A stretch of DNA of 63,876 nucleotides, filler included, from Reclinomonas americana ATCC 50394 (taxonomy: Eukaryota), in assembly GCA_048213135.1 (NCBI GenBank). It is 6 parts of 4 records of this genome, joined end to end, with 100 filler letters (N's around TTAATTAATTAA, not from the genome) between each part and the next. Parts side by side here need not be neighbours in the genome. Positions count along the whole stretch, not along the records: positions 8,570 to 29,080 come from PS015921.1; positions 29,181 to 48,191 come from PS015921.1; 4 more parts are not named here. One strand, written 5' to 3'. Under the pieces are notes generated by a model, which saw only the letters and a list, made by a program, of their open reading frames with translations, did not search any database and was not told where the DNA came from. The translations under genes and the position numbers were made by a program. Within the stretch, counting starts at the first letter, position 1; each line of letters opens with the position of its first letter. Positions 25,327-43,881 of this stretch are shown here, in pieces.

Positions 25327-27644
25327 ATGCAGGTTCCTGTCAACCCCCCCTTTTTTTGCTCCCGTTTCTGTTTGCTCCTAAATCGTCGACTTCTTTTTTT
25401 TCGAACAGCGTGGCACCACTCAGAATAGTCGACTCTCCAACGGTGCCGAGTTGCGTCTCTTTGTGATCACACGCGCACGCGCTTTTTTTTTTGAAGTGGC
25501 AAAAACATCTTGGCACGAAAAGATGGCAGGAAAAAGTAACAGATAGCATCGTAGACCCACGATACAGCATTTCCAGTTTCTTTTGGTGTACACTACATTA
25601 ACTTGTGCGTTTTCGCGGTTGCTCCATGCAGTGGTGCGCCACCTCTGGCGCACGAGGCACTGCTGCCTAGCCGCCATAAGCACCCGTCCATCGGCGACGG
25701 TGACATGGACGGCGAGGTGGACGATCATCATGGCCAACCGAATCGCGACTGGACGGCCGAGGAGGATCGCATCATTGTGCAGCTGTGCGTTCAAGTCGGC
25801 TCGCAGTGGGCGCTCATTGCCGAGTTCCTGCCCGGCCGCAGCCGCAGCTCTGTCAAGAACCGGTACTATTCGACGCTGCGCAGGTGTGTTGACCATCGCG
25901 AGAGATGCGCACATGTTTAAATTTGACACCGTGCATTTTCCTCACCCTCTGCTCTGCCAGACTGCTCGACAAGTCGCCATACAGAAAAGAATTCCGAGAG
26001 CAACGCACACGTCAAGTTGGTGTCCGACAGGTGTGTGTGTGGTTGAATAGAATAATGCTGGCGACCACGCTGCGTGCAGTGAATAATGCTGGTGCCGTTT
26101 TCTTCCCCCTCCTGTCGCAGTGGAAGATCCTCTCGGTCGACGGCACCACCGGCGCCACAGGGAAATTGGTGGGCCAATCGGTGCTGCCGGTGACCTCCAT
26201 CGAGGAGGCGAAACAGCGAGGTTCGCAGCCACAACTGCTGCTACTTTGCCCATATCTGTCTAGTGTTCGAATTGTGTTTCGCTCACGCACATGATATGTT
26301 GTGCAGAAACGCCTGCGGATGTGGCCGCTCTCGACGCGCTGGTCAACAGCGTGTCGCGTCGCCAGCGTCGCCGTTCGTCGCCACTGAGCTCGTCGCCAGA
26401 GCGGTGGGGCGAGTACTGTTCACCGACGATGGATCAGGTGTACGCGAATTCCATGCCCCTCGCACCTCCGCTCCCGTCTCGAGTTCTCTTCCCCGGTTTC
26501 CCTGCCCCCGGTTTTGTCGGCGCTGGTGTGTCGGCACCGCTGTCGCCGTTGATTCCGACTCTGCAACCTGCATTGGTCAGCGGCGGTCTTGCGATTGACC
26601 CAAGCCTTGCGAGTGCTGTGCCCCTCTACCTCCCCGTGGTCCCAGCCACCCACATGCACATGCAACGGGCCGCAATGTCGCCTGTTGCTGTAAATGGAGG
26701 TGAGTTTTACATGCTGGCTTTGCGAGAGCGCATGGCACACGAGAGGGCTGCGCACGAGTGGGCTGCACATGAGATGGCCGCACGTGCGTACCACTCGATG
26801 GGGCCACCTCTGCCTGCCTTCTATGTCGATTCTGCTTCTTTCGATGGCGAACACAACCGGTCGATGCTTTCGACTATGCTGTGGATGCAGCAAGAAGCAC
26901 AGCATTGAGCTGCTTCTGTGGGTGGTCACTATTATGACTGTGCCTCACATGAAGCCGGCGGTACGAGCACTTCTTGCACCACTCCTTCTTTGGGTTCGAC
27001 TGCTCTCTCTCCTTCTACCACCCGCAACATGTATGTGTGATGCGTGTATTCTGCGTACGCAGCGATATATGCCTCACGTGCCACCGCAGTTTGTACTCAT
27101 CGTTGCCCTTCCCTGCAGGCCTCGCATTGGCTCGCAGCACTCCCATCGCGCAAGCGGCTATGCATGCAGTCAGTACGCTGCCGTCGGCAACTGGCTTGTA
27201 TGCAAACGGCAACGTCAACGGGCTCGTGGTTCACGAGCCGGTGTTGCCTGCCGTGCACCAGTCCGCAGCATCAAACATGCTCCCGAGTATCGGTGAGTTA
27301 CACACGTTCACCGCTGTGCGCCTTTTGTTGTTTCTTCCGCTCATCCTTGCGCTGTATCAGGACAACTGGCTGCCGCTGTACGTGCCGATCCCAGCACATG
27401 GGCGGCGCCAGCTCCGGTTGCCGCCTATCAGCTTGGGGGTCCGGTGCCGTATGTGCCGACTGCTGTGCCACCGCTGGCACTGGTGGGCCCCCACGGCGTG
27501 CCTCCACACATGGCCGCAGCACCTATAATACCAATTGCGACAACAACAACAGCAATACCGCCACCGTCAGCAAGTCGCCATCATTCTGGAGGCCATGTAC
27601 AGCTCCCGCCTCCGTACGGAATTCTGCCGCCGGGTTCATGCTGA
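25327..27644 (+). CDS. Single-repeat Myb/SANT protein with a Pro-rich C-terminus
   Basis: DWTAEEDRIIVQL...GSQWALIAEFLPGRSRSSVKNRYYSTL. Start is inferred from the micro-exon ATGCAG at 25327. Ends at 27644 if intron 26700-27118 is spliced, or at 26908 if it is retained. Confidence 0.8.
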
Positions 27645-27794
27645 CGACCATCCATACCACCGACGATGCTTAGTTAATTATTGGCATCTTGTCGATGTGT
27701 TTTGTTACAATAGTCTCAGTCTCTCTTTCCTTTCTCACTCTCTTTTTGTTTCGCGTGAAAAATTAATAATTGAGAATTAATGGCCTCGTTTACA

Positions 27795-32956
<5,162 letters not shown>

Positions 32957-33490
32957 TGAAGTTTTTTCGCGCCACCTGCAATCCACCGTCCGCCCGATCG
33001 ATTGACGACAATATCCAATCTAAACTAACTGCGTGCGGACGGAGAAGCGCCGTGCTCGATACGTGATAAAACGGTGAATGGTGAAGATGATGCATGCGGA
33101 GATCGAGGCTGGGCGACAATGGAAGCACAAATTGCAATTCGAATTCGAATTCGCCAAAACCGCAACTTCCGCCCTGCAACTCGGCATTGCGACTCGGCTT
33201 GGCATGTGTGATCGCCCTTTCCTATGCACCTCGGAACTCGAATTGCTTCCTGCTTGCATGCAGTCTGCGCAATGCATATGGCATGCGCAACCCGGCGTCG
33301 GAATTGTCACAGCTGTCAGAAGGCGGATCGCGGCGACACCACCGGCCGCCGGAATGACAACAACAGCCCGCGCGCGCGCACACGACAGCCGTGTAACACG
33401 CGATAAATCCACCGCCACGACAATCTCCGCAATTTCGTCCGGAAGTGCCGGGTTTTTTTGAGGGTTTGTGAGAGAGAAGACAAGTGCAAC

Positions 33491-36112
33491 ATGGAGTTGG
33501 ACGAGCGCATGCGTCGACGCGTGGCAGTGACTGCCGCTCACGTCTCTGGCACGGGCGGCCTACGCGCCGCACCTCGTTGCGTCTCTCTGTGCCCCTCTTC
33601 GTGCGTGCGTATGTGTGAGCATTGTTATGTGCGGCAGTTGACTGGTGCACCACAGAGGAGGAGGAGGAGTTGTCGTGCGGTGGCGAGTCATCGCGGGCGA
33701 TCGTCGCGGAGGAAGTGTGTGGCATTATGGCGTACATTGGCCCCGACCCCGCCGTGCCGTACCTCGAAGCCGGCCTCACGATTCTGCAGAATCGGTGCGC
33801 AACACCAACCGCGTGCCGTGTTCCCTCTTCTTCATTGTAGTATATCTGACAAGTGCGTGGCAGAGGGTACGACTCGGCCGGGTTTGCGACAATGACATCG
33901 ACGGGGCAGTTGGTGGTCACCAAGTACGCCAGCGCCGACAAGAGTAACGACGCGCTGTCGCGTCTGATGCGCGATGTGAAGCCGCACAATGGCAACACGA
34001 TTGGAATCGCGCATACGCGATGGGCGACGCACGGTGGCAAGACCGATCGCAACGCGCATCCGCACTGTGACTACAAGAACCGCGTGGCGATTGTGCACAA
34101 TGGCATCATTCACAACTACGCCACGCTCAAGCAGCGCCTCAAGGAGGAACGCAACATTGATTGCATCTCCGAGACCGATACGGAGGTCGTCGCGCAGTGG
34201 ATTGGTGCGTCACTCACTGACTCTGCATCGCTTCTTCAGCTCATTGCTCACGCTTGGCTGACTAGGTGCGCATCTCGACGACGGAATGACGGTGATTGAG
34301 GCGGTGCGTGCGACCGAGGCGCTGCTGGAGGGAACGTGGGGCATTGTGGTGCTGTACGACTCGACACCGCGGCAGCTGATCGCGATGAAGCGTGGATCGC
34401 CGCTGCTGGTGGGTCTGGGCGATGGCTTTAGGTTTATCGCCAGCGAGGCGGCGGCGTTTGCGCGCTTCACCAAGAGCTACATGGAGTTGAGCGAGGGTGA
34501 GATTTACGTCGTCGACTTGGACACCAGCATGGTCGACGTGCGCCGTGTCAAGATCACCACGGCGGCGGCCCCGAAGCTGACGCCAGCGCCGTACGATCAC
34601 TTTATGCTCAAGGGTTTGTGCGGAGCGAGAGAGAGAGAGAAGTGGGAGACTGGCGTGTGTTGCTCATTTTTTCCTTGACGTGCTGCAGAGATCATGGAGC
34701 AGCCGCAGAGTCTGTATCGCGCCATCAATCGCGGTGGGCGTTTCCGCGACACGCAGTCGGTTAAACTGGGTGGTCTGGACGGCAATCGTGATGTGCTGCT
34801 GTCGATTCGTCACCTGATTGTTACGGGTTGCGGAACGGTGAGTGTCGTGTCGGGGTATTTTCTCTGCTGGCCTGCAGTGCGACTCACATACGTGAGGCTG
34901 TGCAGTCGCTGTATGCGTCGATGTATGGAGCACGTCTCATTCGCTCGTTCCGCTGCTTTGACACGGTGACGGCCATTGATGCGTCAGAAATCAACGAAGA
35001 CTACCTGCCGCACCACCACGGTGGCGTGCTGGTGGTCTCACAAAGCGGTGAAACCAAGGACGTGGAGGAGTTGCGTGGTGGTCTTGGCGATGTAGGTGGT
35101 GATGGCATAGAGGGGGCGCTGACAGTGGCCGGTGGTGCTACAGCGTGGTCAAGCTGGCCAACAGGAACAATGTGCCCGTATTTTCCGTGGTGAACACTGT
35201 CGATTCCAACATTGCTCGCCTCACCAAAATCGGTGGGTTGCGATCTCTGTGGCATGGGACGTTTCTCCGTTCCCTTGACACTCATCCACTCACACACAGG
35301 CGTGTACTTGAATGCGGGACGCGAGACGGCCGTGGCGTCGACCAAGGCCTTCACTTCACAAGTAGTGGTGTTGGGTCTGGTGGCGCTGTGGTTTGCACAG
35401 AACCGCAACGCCGTGGAGACCTCGGTGAAGCGGTGCGCACCGTACCTGCACCTACACACCTATCTCTCTCCTCGTTCATGGACTGACCAATTTCTGTCGA
35501 CAGCGAGAAAATGGTGTCGGCCTTGCAACGAATCGGACCGCTGGCCGGCACAGTGTTGAACCTGCGCGAGAAGATGCACGAGGTCGCCACGTCCATGGTG
35601 CACGCCACCAGTCTCTTTGTGCTTGGCAAGGGTCTGGGCGAGTCCGTGGCCTTTGAGGGCGCTCTGAAGATCAAGGAGGTCACCGAGATTCATGCAGTTG
35701 CGCACGACGTCCACGGCAGTCTTCTCGCTGTTTTTTACCGCTCTCTGACATGGTACGCACACACGCACAGGAGGGATTCCCCGGCGGTGCGCTGAAACAC
35801 GGTCCGTTCGCACTGATCGACAACGGCACACCCATCATTCTGCTGGTGCTCGACGACGAGTATTCGAGTCTGATGCTGGTGGCTGCTCGCGAAGTCAAGG
35901 CCCGCCACGCCCGCACCGTGGTCATCACGAACAAGGCCTCGCTGATCTCCGCAGCCGACGCCGACGACGTTGTCGTCATTCCCTCTGCCGATCACATGAC
36001 CGCCCTGCTGGCCGTCATCCCGCTGCAGCTGCTGGCCTACGAGCTGGCCGTGCTGCGGCAAAAGAACCCCGACAACCCACGCAACCTGGCCAAGGTTGTC
36101 ACCGTGCATTAA
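33491..36112 (+). CDS. GFA1: Glutamine:fructose-6-phosphate amidotransferase (GFAT/GlmS) with a 55-aa N-terminal extension
   Basis: CGIMAY, LQNRGYDSAG, GIAHTRWATHG, NAHPH, VHNGII, SETDTEV, HFMLKEIMEQP, SQSGET, VASTKAFTSQ, EGALKIKE, LKHGPFAL, PRNLAKVVTV. Confidence 0.97.
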
Positions 36113-36261
36113 TCAAATACGAGCACTGGCGAGCCGGGGAAGGAGCGCTCGCCCGTTTGCCCCTTTTTTAACCTCACAATGAACGAGCTCGAGACGTTCA
36201 TGAGTTGTCTTGTCCTGCCACAGCCTCCCGCGCTTTTTTCCGATCACTCCTGTTTGCCCTA

Positions 36262-38920
36262 ATGTTGGCGCCGCCCAAGGTCTCCCTCTCTCTCGCCTCA
36301 CCTGTCACGCACACCGCCTGACGCCCATGCTCCTCACGCACAGGTGCCACAGGGCAGTGCCTCACCACTCACACCACCGCCCCCAGCACACCCGCCACCA
36401 TTTCGCGCCTTTCTCGCCTCCCCTCCTCCTCCTCCTCCGCACATTCTCTCGCCAAGGTGGCGCAGTGGAGCAGCCACAGATGCGCTCTCCCCTGTAATGT
36501 ACATCAGCAGCGGTCAGTTGGCACAACATCGACAACCAGCAACACCACCACCACTGCAGCTGTTGACACCGCCATTCGGTCCATTGGAGTCCCGTGCCTC
36601 TCCTCGAATGCGCATGCGAGCGGCCGCTGCTCGCTCCTCACAGGCCTCATCACTGTCCGCGCTGTCGCAGTCGTCGCCATCGGCATCTGCGCCTCCTGCA
36701 CTGACGAGTTACAGTTGTCTTGTCTCCTCTGCTCTCTTTGTACAGGTTTCTTGTCTGATTGGTGTTGTGCGTGTGTGGTGCAGATGGTGATCGCATCCAG
36801 CGGTTGCATTCGATTCTGGATCATGGTGCGCGTCGTGGTGTTCCAGGGGACAGCGAGGGCGCAGCAGAGGAGGCGACAGTGGTCGAGGAGGACGAGGAGG
36901 TGATTGTGTTGAGTGGAGGAGTGGAGGTGCGATCGAGAGTGTCGGCGGCGCCGCTGATGCGGCCGGTTCCGCGGCGTGCGGCTGAGGCGCCGACACCGCC
37001 GATTACTGTGTCGCCGAGGGGACGGGTGCGGGTCGAGAACCTCTTCTCTCCTGTCCACGTTGCGCCACCTCCACCTCCACCTCCTCCACCTCCTCCGCCT
37101 CCACCGCCTCCTCCACCGCCTTCCTTGCCAGCGGCAACGACGCCGACAAAGAAGCCGGCTGACGACTTTGTGTTTGCGGTGCCAGTTGCGTGTGGCGATG
37201 CGCTTGTGAGCTCCCCCAACGCCGATGTGTAGGTCAATTGTAAACTGTTTTTGTGTGTGCAGGTGGGTCGACCGAAGCGACCGCCATCTGCCACCAGCGC
37301 GCCGAAGAAGCTCACGTTTCCCACGTCGCCGTCTTCTGCCTCGTCGAAATCCACCACCACCACCGCATTGTCGTCTCGGTAAGTCTTGTGTAAAAATCGT
37401 CATGGTTCGGAAAAATGTGTTGGTTTACAAAACAACGACAGGAGTTCCGCGGTCCACGCCAATCGCATTCCCTCCAACAAGGTGCGACCCGTGGCCGGTG
37501 GAAGACCATCGGTACCGTCGGCAACAACAGCGACGACGACGACAACAACGACGACAACAACAACACCTCCGACCATTAATGTTTTTCGCAAGTGGCCGCC
37601 CACTGCTGGAGTGCCGACGCGCGACAGCGCACAACAACAGCAGCAGCAGCAGCATCGTTCGGCGCAGGAGGTGTGGTTTTCACGGAGCATGCAGTCGCTT
37701 CTCTTGCTTGTTTCTCATTCTTTGTGTGCGCAGTCACGCGGGGTAGCCGCCTTGTTGGCAATTAATCGACGGCGACCACGGCCGCAGGAGATGGTGGGTC
37801 AAGTCAGTGTGTATGCTCCCGGTCCCGCGGCACCTGAGCTACCACCGTGTCCCGCGATAGTGGAATGTGATGATGCGGTGCGCTGTTGTCTGTCTCTTGA
37901 GTGGTGATGATTATTCTGACCAGTATCCGCAGTTGTCATCTCCTCCCGTATCTCGCCCGTCGTCGCCCGTTGACCTGGTTCGCGCTCTATTTCATGGTCA
38001 CGCTGGTACCACTTTCTCTGCTGCTCATTGTCGCTCCTCTCTTCTTGCAGGACGATGGATCACCATGTCTGAGCAACCCACTCCCTCTGTTGGACTCGGA
38101 CGCTGCTTACGAAGTGCGTCATCCTCCACCCCGATGAGGCGCTGTCGTCGTGGCTGTGGATCTCACGCGTGTGCATTCGCAGCTGCTTCTCTCGGACGAT
38201 GCTCCGGTCGCCATGTCACCGCCTTCGTCGCCAGTGCATCCGTGCTGGAGCGACATTGACGACGCAGCGGAGAGCGACATAACCGTTCCACCACTACCCC
38301 CACTGGAGCACGTTTCATCGCCGCCCGTGGGCGCGTCACCGCCCCCAGCCAGCATGTCACCGGTGCTGTCGCCGGTGTACAACAGCTGGGCGGACGGTCT
38401 GCTGGACGACGTTTTTTCGCCACCTTCTTCGCCACTTGCTGTAGCGCAGGTTTCGTGTTGTTCTGTTTCCTGCTGCATTCGTTTCTCTTCTCACCAACTT
38501 GATCCGCGTAGATGAGTGACGTGGACGATGACTCTGATTGCCTGTCACCTCCGCCATCGCCACTTCATGCACGCGCAGTGGTGCGTGTGTGTGTGCTCCC
38601 AGCTTCACTCACTCTTCTTCTCACCGCCGTCAGCAGCAGCAGCCACTCGACGGTTGCGGCAAGCGTGCCGCCGATGGTGAGCTCTCTCCCCTTTGCGGCC
38701 GCGCAGAACGCTGGCCTTTGATCTCACCCTCTTCCTTTCTGCAGATTTGATTTATGGCACTCCGTCGCCACCCCGCAAGCGAATGCGCGGCGCCGTCGAC
38801 CCGAGTTGGTGGTTCGCGACCAGCGACACACCCGTGCAGTGGCCGTCACGTTTCGGGCGTCCACGATTGTGTCGGCCACTGCGCCAAGTCTTATCCGCCT
38901 GGCTCACTCCGCCGCAATAA
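36262..38920 (+). CDS. Pro/Ser-rich hypothetical protein with many SP/TP motifs
   Basis: Chain of low-complexity exons with GT-AG boundaries; no family recognised. Confidence 0.5.
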
Positions 38921-38990
38921 TCCAATCCCCCTCCCTCCCCTCACAAGTAATACATACATGCATGTTGCAGTTCGTGGCATACAGCGGTAT

Positions 38991-40036
38991 TCACTCCGCC
39001 GGTGGCGTACTCTCCTTCAGATCGGTGACAAACATGTGACCCGGCGCATGCGTGATGCATAGAGGCGGCTTGGCGGAAATCGCTGCCGTGATGGCAGTGA
39101 CACCGCACGCCCAAAACACCGGCACCTCGCCCTCCTTGATGGTCACGGCATCGCCGAAATCCGGCTGCGACAAGTCCGCAATGCCAATGTCCTCGGGCGA
39201 CCCAATGTGCACCGGTGCACCGTGACAATCGACGAAGCGCGACGTGATCTGCACCGCCTTTTCCACCAGTTCCGCGGGAATCGGTCGCATCTGCAAGTCG
39301 TTGAGAGAGAGAGAGAGAGAGAGATAGAGACACAGTGGACGGAGCCACTCACCGACACCACCATCTTGGTGGAAAAGGGCCCGGCCGATGTACAGTCCAT
39401 ATTGGTGCGATACATCGACACATTGCGTCGCTCCTCAATGTTCCGCACCGGCACGCCGGCCTCCATCAGTGCCAGCTCAAACGAGAAGGAGCAGCCGAGC
39501 AGAAACGCCACCATATCATCGGCGTACACATCGGTGACACTTGTCGGCTGCACATGCAAGTGAGAAGATGATGGCGAAGGGGCACAGAGAGACAAAGGGT
39601 GTGAGTGAGAGACCTCAGACTCCAGCTGCCCATCGCGGTACACCCGATAGCGCGGAATGTCAGTGCGCACCGACGCACCATCACTCGCCGTCTGCGTCAC
39701 CTCACCAGCTGCCCACGAAATGAGGCACAAGAGACTGTGTGTGTGAGAGAGAGAGAGATGCATGCAACACACCATGTCGACTGATCTCCAACAACGGACA
39801 CGGCTGCGGATTGCGCCGACAGAACAAGGCAAAGTCGTCGGCGAGCTCCGCAGGCAGAATCACCACACTGCACACACACAGACAAAGATCAGTCTCTCTC
39901 TCTCTCTTGACACTTTCTCTCACTTCTCCGCTCACTTTGCCTGCTTGTAGCCGCAGCACACGCCACTGGTGGGCTTCCCATCCCACACGCCATCGCGCAC
40001 CGCTTGACGGAACTCACGCCCGCTCACACTCTCCAT
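38991..40036 (-). CDS. DUF1445 / D-glutamate cyclase-family (YcsI-like) putative hydro-lyase, stand-alone
   Basis: [98 protein letters not shown]. Confidence 0.93.
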
Positions 40037-40393
40037 CACGATGCAGGTTACCGAGAGGCTTCCGGTTACCGCCTGGGAAATTGCATCGTAGAACGGCCTT
40101 TTGTGTGTGTGTGTGTGCAAAGAAAGAAGATGTTGCGTCTCCTTCTCTGCCTCTGTCTGCGTTGCTTGTGTGCGCGGTGACACACTTGCGCGCTGGTGGC
40201 TTGTGTGTGTGCGTGCGTGTGTGCGTGCGTGTGTGTGTTGTTTGTGCGTGCGTGCCTCATGCCGCGCGCTCTTGTTTTCTTCACTTTTGTTCTCCACTCC
40301 TCTCCTCTCACTCACTCTCGCCTGCGAGTGCCTCTCCTCTTGCGCGTCACTCTCTCTGTCTGCCTGTGTTCCCGACAGTGAGCATATCACACA

Positions 40394-43300
40394 ATGTTGT
40401 TTTGCTCTCTTAGTCTCTCACGCGCTTTCCCTCTCTCTCTCTCTCTTGTCTGTGCAGGGCGGCGGCGGCCTCGGCGAATCCGTTTGCGAGTTTGCCGACT
40501 GAACTTGAGTGGAAGTTCACTCAGGTGTTTGAGGACAAGAGGTGTGCACCACGCTTGTCTCTCTCGCGCAAGTCGCTCCCGTTTCGCGCGTTTGTGTACT
40601 CACATGTTGTCACTCTGCGTGCGCGCGCGCGCTCTCTCTCTCTCGTGTGTACGCATAGTCTCAATGAGGAGGCCACTGAAGGTGAGCACCTGCGCGCATG
40701 CAACACAACGTGTTGTTTCTCTCTCTCGCTCTCCGTGTGAGATTTCCTCCCGCGAGACTTGCCCTTCCCCCGCGCGCGCCCTCTTTCTCTTGTCTTTCCC
40801 ACGAGGAGTGTGCCGCACTCATGCTCATGTGCTGCCCACTGTTGTGTCCAGCCGACATTATCTCGGCTGTCGAGTTTGATCAGTCGGGCAACTTCTTGGC
40901 CATCGGCGATCGCGGAGGCCGTGTGGTCATCATTCGCCGCATGCCCGTCGGAGTTGAGTGGCACTTGCATGCATGCATACACACACAAACGCGCGCGCAG
41001 CTATATACGCACCGAGGGAGCGGCGCGCAGGCGTAAATAGGAATCGTGTGCGCATTTCAAGCAGCGGCTGATTGCTATTTTTTGTGTTGGGCAGCGGCCC
41101 GGAGTCGGTCCGTCGCGCTCTCCCGGTGGCGACTACAAGTTGTACACTGAGTTCCAGAGTCACGAGCCCGAGTTCGACTGCCTCAAGTCGCTGGAGATTG
41201 AGGAGAAGATCAACCAGATCCGCTTCTGTCCGAAGCAGAACAGTGCACTCTACTTGCTCACCACCAATGGTTGGTCTTGCTCTCCGTCCTTTCGTGCCGC
41301 GTGCGCTCACTGCTGCTGCTGACNNNNNNNNNNNNNNNNNNNNNNNNNNNNNNNNNNNNNNNNNNNNNNNNNNNNNNNNNNNNNNNNNNNNNNNNNNNNN
41401 NNNNNNNNNNNNNNNNNNNNNNNNNNNNNNNNNNNNNNNNNNNNNNNNNNNNNNNNNNNNNNNNNNNNNNNNNNNNNNNNNNNNNNNNNNNNNNNNNNNN
41501 NNNNNNNNNNNNNNNNNNNNNNNNNNNNNNNNNNNNNNNNNNNNNNNNNNNNNNNNNNNNNNNNNNNNNNNNNNNNNNNNNNNNNNNNNNNNNNNNNNNN
41601 NNNNNNNNNNNNNNNNNNNNNNNNNNNNNNNNNNNNNNNNNNNNNNNNNNNNNNNNNNNNNNNNNNNNNNNNNNNNNNNNNNNNNNNNNNNNNNNNNNNN
41701 NNNNNNNNNNNNNNNNNNNNNNNNNNNNNNNNNNNNNNNNNNNNNNNNNNNNNNNNNNNNNNNNNNNNNNNNNNNNNNNNNNNNNNNNNNNNNNNNNNNN
41801 NNNNNNNNNNNNNNNNNNNNNNNNNNNNNNNNNNNNNNNNNNNNNNNNNNNNNNNNNNNNNNNNNNNNNNNNNNNNNNNNNNNNNNNNNNNNNNNNNNNN
41901 NNNNNNNNNNNNNNNNNNNNNNNNNNNNNNNNNNNNNNNNNNNNNNNNNNNNNNNNNNNNNNNNNNNNNNNNNNAAGGATTCAGTTTTGTGTCTCTCACT
42001 CGCTTCCCCTCCCGATTCCTCTCTCTTTCTGACTCGTGCCATCCTGCAGACATTGTGGATTTGAAGCCGCCGAACATTGAGGAATTGGCCGAGGTCATCA
42101 CGTGCTCCTCGTTCCACCCCAGCCAGTGCCACACGTTTGTGTATTCGACGTCTCGTGGCTCCATCAAGCTCGGCGACATGCGACAGAATTCGTTGTGCGA
42201 CCAGTACTCGAAGCGTTGCGTTGCTCTCATCTTCTTGGTGCCTGTTGCTTCTCTCTCTTCCTGGTTTCGCACTCGACACATGCATGATGAAATCCATCCT
42301 TGCACTCAAGAGTCGACCGCGACCACTGTTCACTCGGCGGTGCGGTCGCTGAAGACAATCTGGGCGTGAAGTCGCACAGACTTCACCTGATCATGTGTCA
42401 CCACCACCACCACCATTACCGCACACTCATTCATTCACAGACATGCACGCACACTCGCACTCGGGCACACCTGCTCTCTGCTTTTTTGCTGACTCCTCCG
42501 TGTCTGCAGTTTTTGAGCCTTCGGAGGGCTCGTCGTCAAATTTCTTTGCCGAATTGATCTCGTCCGTCAACGACGTCAAGTTCTCCAAGTGCGGCAACTA
42601 CATGTTGTCGCGAGACTACCTCACCCTGAAGGTGGGGAACATTTTGTCTCTCTTGCTGCGATGAAAGGATTACTGACTCTGCCTGTTTGTAGGTGTGGGA
42701 CATTAGCATGGAGCGTGAGCCGCTGCAGACGATCCACGTCCACGACCATCTGCGCCAGCACCTGTGCGATCTGTACGAGAACGACTTCATCTTTGACAAG
42801 TTTGAGTGTGTTTTCAGCGGCGATTCCAAGTTGCGTCGTCACCAAGAGACAGAGTGACAGACAGAGAGAGAGAAAGAGAGACAGTGTGAAAAGAAACAGT
42901 ACGTGAGAGAGAGGAGAGAGGAATGATCGTTAAGAAGAGGGCAAGAAGATTGAGAGGTTGGATGTGTTTGATTTCTGTCTCTCCCGCGCCCTCTCCCCTC
43001 TCTGTCACCCACACACGAAACTCACGTGTTCTTGAATTGCACCGCAGGTTCATGATGACCGGCTCGTATCACAACATGTTTTACGTGTACGATTGGGAGG
43101 GACGAACGCACTCCACCATTGAGGCTTCCAAGGCGGCGCCAAAGCGACGCCAGAGTGTCAAGGGCAAGGGTAAGTGTTCGTGTGTGTGTGTGTCTTTCCT
43201 CTCCCCGACCTGCCAGCATTGCTGACCTTCCTGCAGCAGCGAAGAGCCCAGTGGCGAAGCGCCCACCGGCGTACGAAAATATGGACCTCAACAAGAAGGT

Positions 43301-43475
43301 GCTGCGCATGAACTGGCACCCAACCGACTACCTCGTGGCCGTGGCGTCGCTCAACAATCTGTACATTTACGACGCCTCCGGCCCCAATCCGCCATCTCTC
43401 ACCATCAACGCGCAAGCCAATGCCGCTGCAGCGTCGGCTGCATCGCCAGCCGGTGGCGCCTCGGGCTCCACGTAG
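40394..43475 (+). CDS. PPP2R2: PP2A regulatory subunit B55/PR55 (internal gap 41324-41974)
   Basis: [94 protein letters not shown]. Confidence 0.97.
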
Positions 43476-43881
43476 AAAACCCAACACCATTACAAGGGAA
43501 GGACACGGATCGTGCACCAGCTGCCGCCATCACGACCGCCGCCCAACACAAGACAAATCGTAGCACCATGCTGCTACACCTGGCAACACGAGTGGCTGAA
43601 GCGGATTGGACAGTGGATTTCCGATGTGGTTTATTCTTTCACCATGATCGCCGAGTCTGCTTCTTCTTCCCTCCCGTCTTCATCCTCGTTTGTTGTCTGT
43701 GTGTACAGTCGTGCTTGTGTTTTTTTTGGGTGGTGTGCTATTTGTTCCTCATCGCCGCTTTCCGCCTTTTTCCGTTCCTGTCCGTCTTCATGTCTACGTT
43801 CTGCTTGTCGTTATCGGTTATGTGTGTGTGTGTCTGTGTGGTAAAGAAAGTGTATGCTGATTATCGGTTTACGGGACAGTG

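Noticed and set aside
33130..33250. GAATTCGAATTCG repeats upstream of GFAT as a heat-shock element
   Set aside because: Spacing does not match nGAAnnTTCn.
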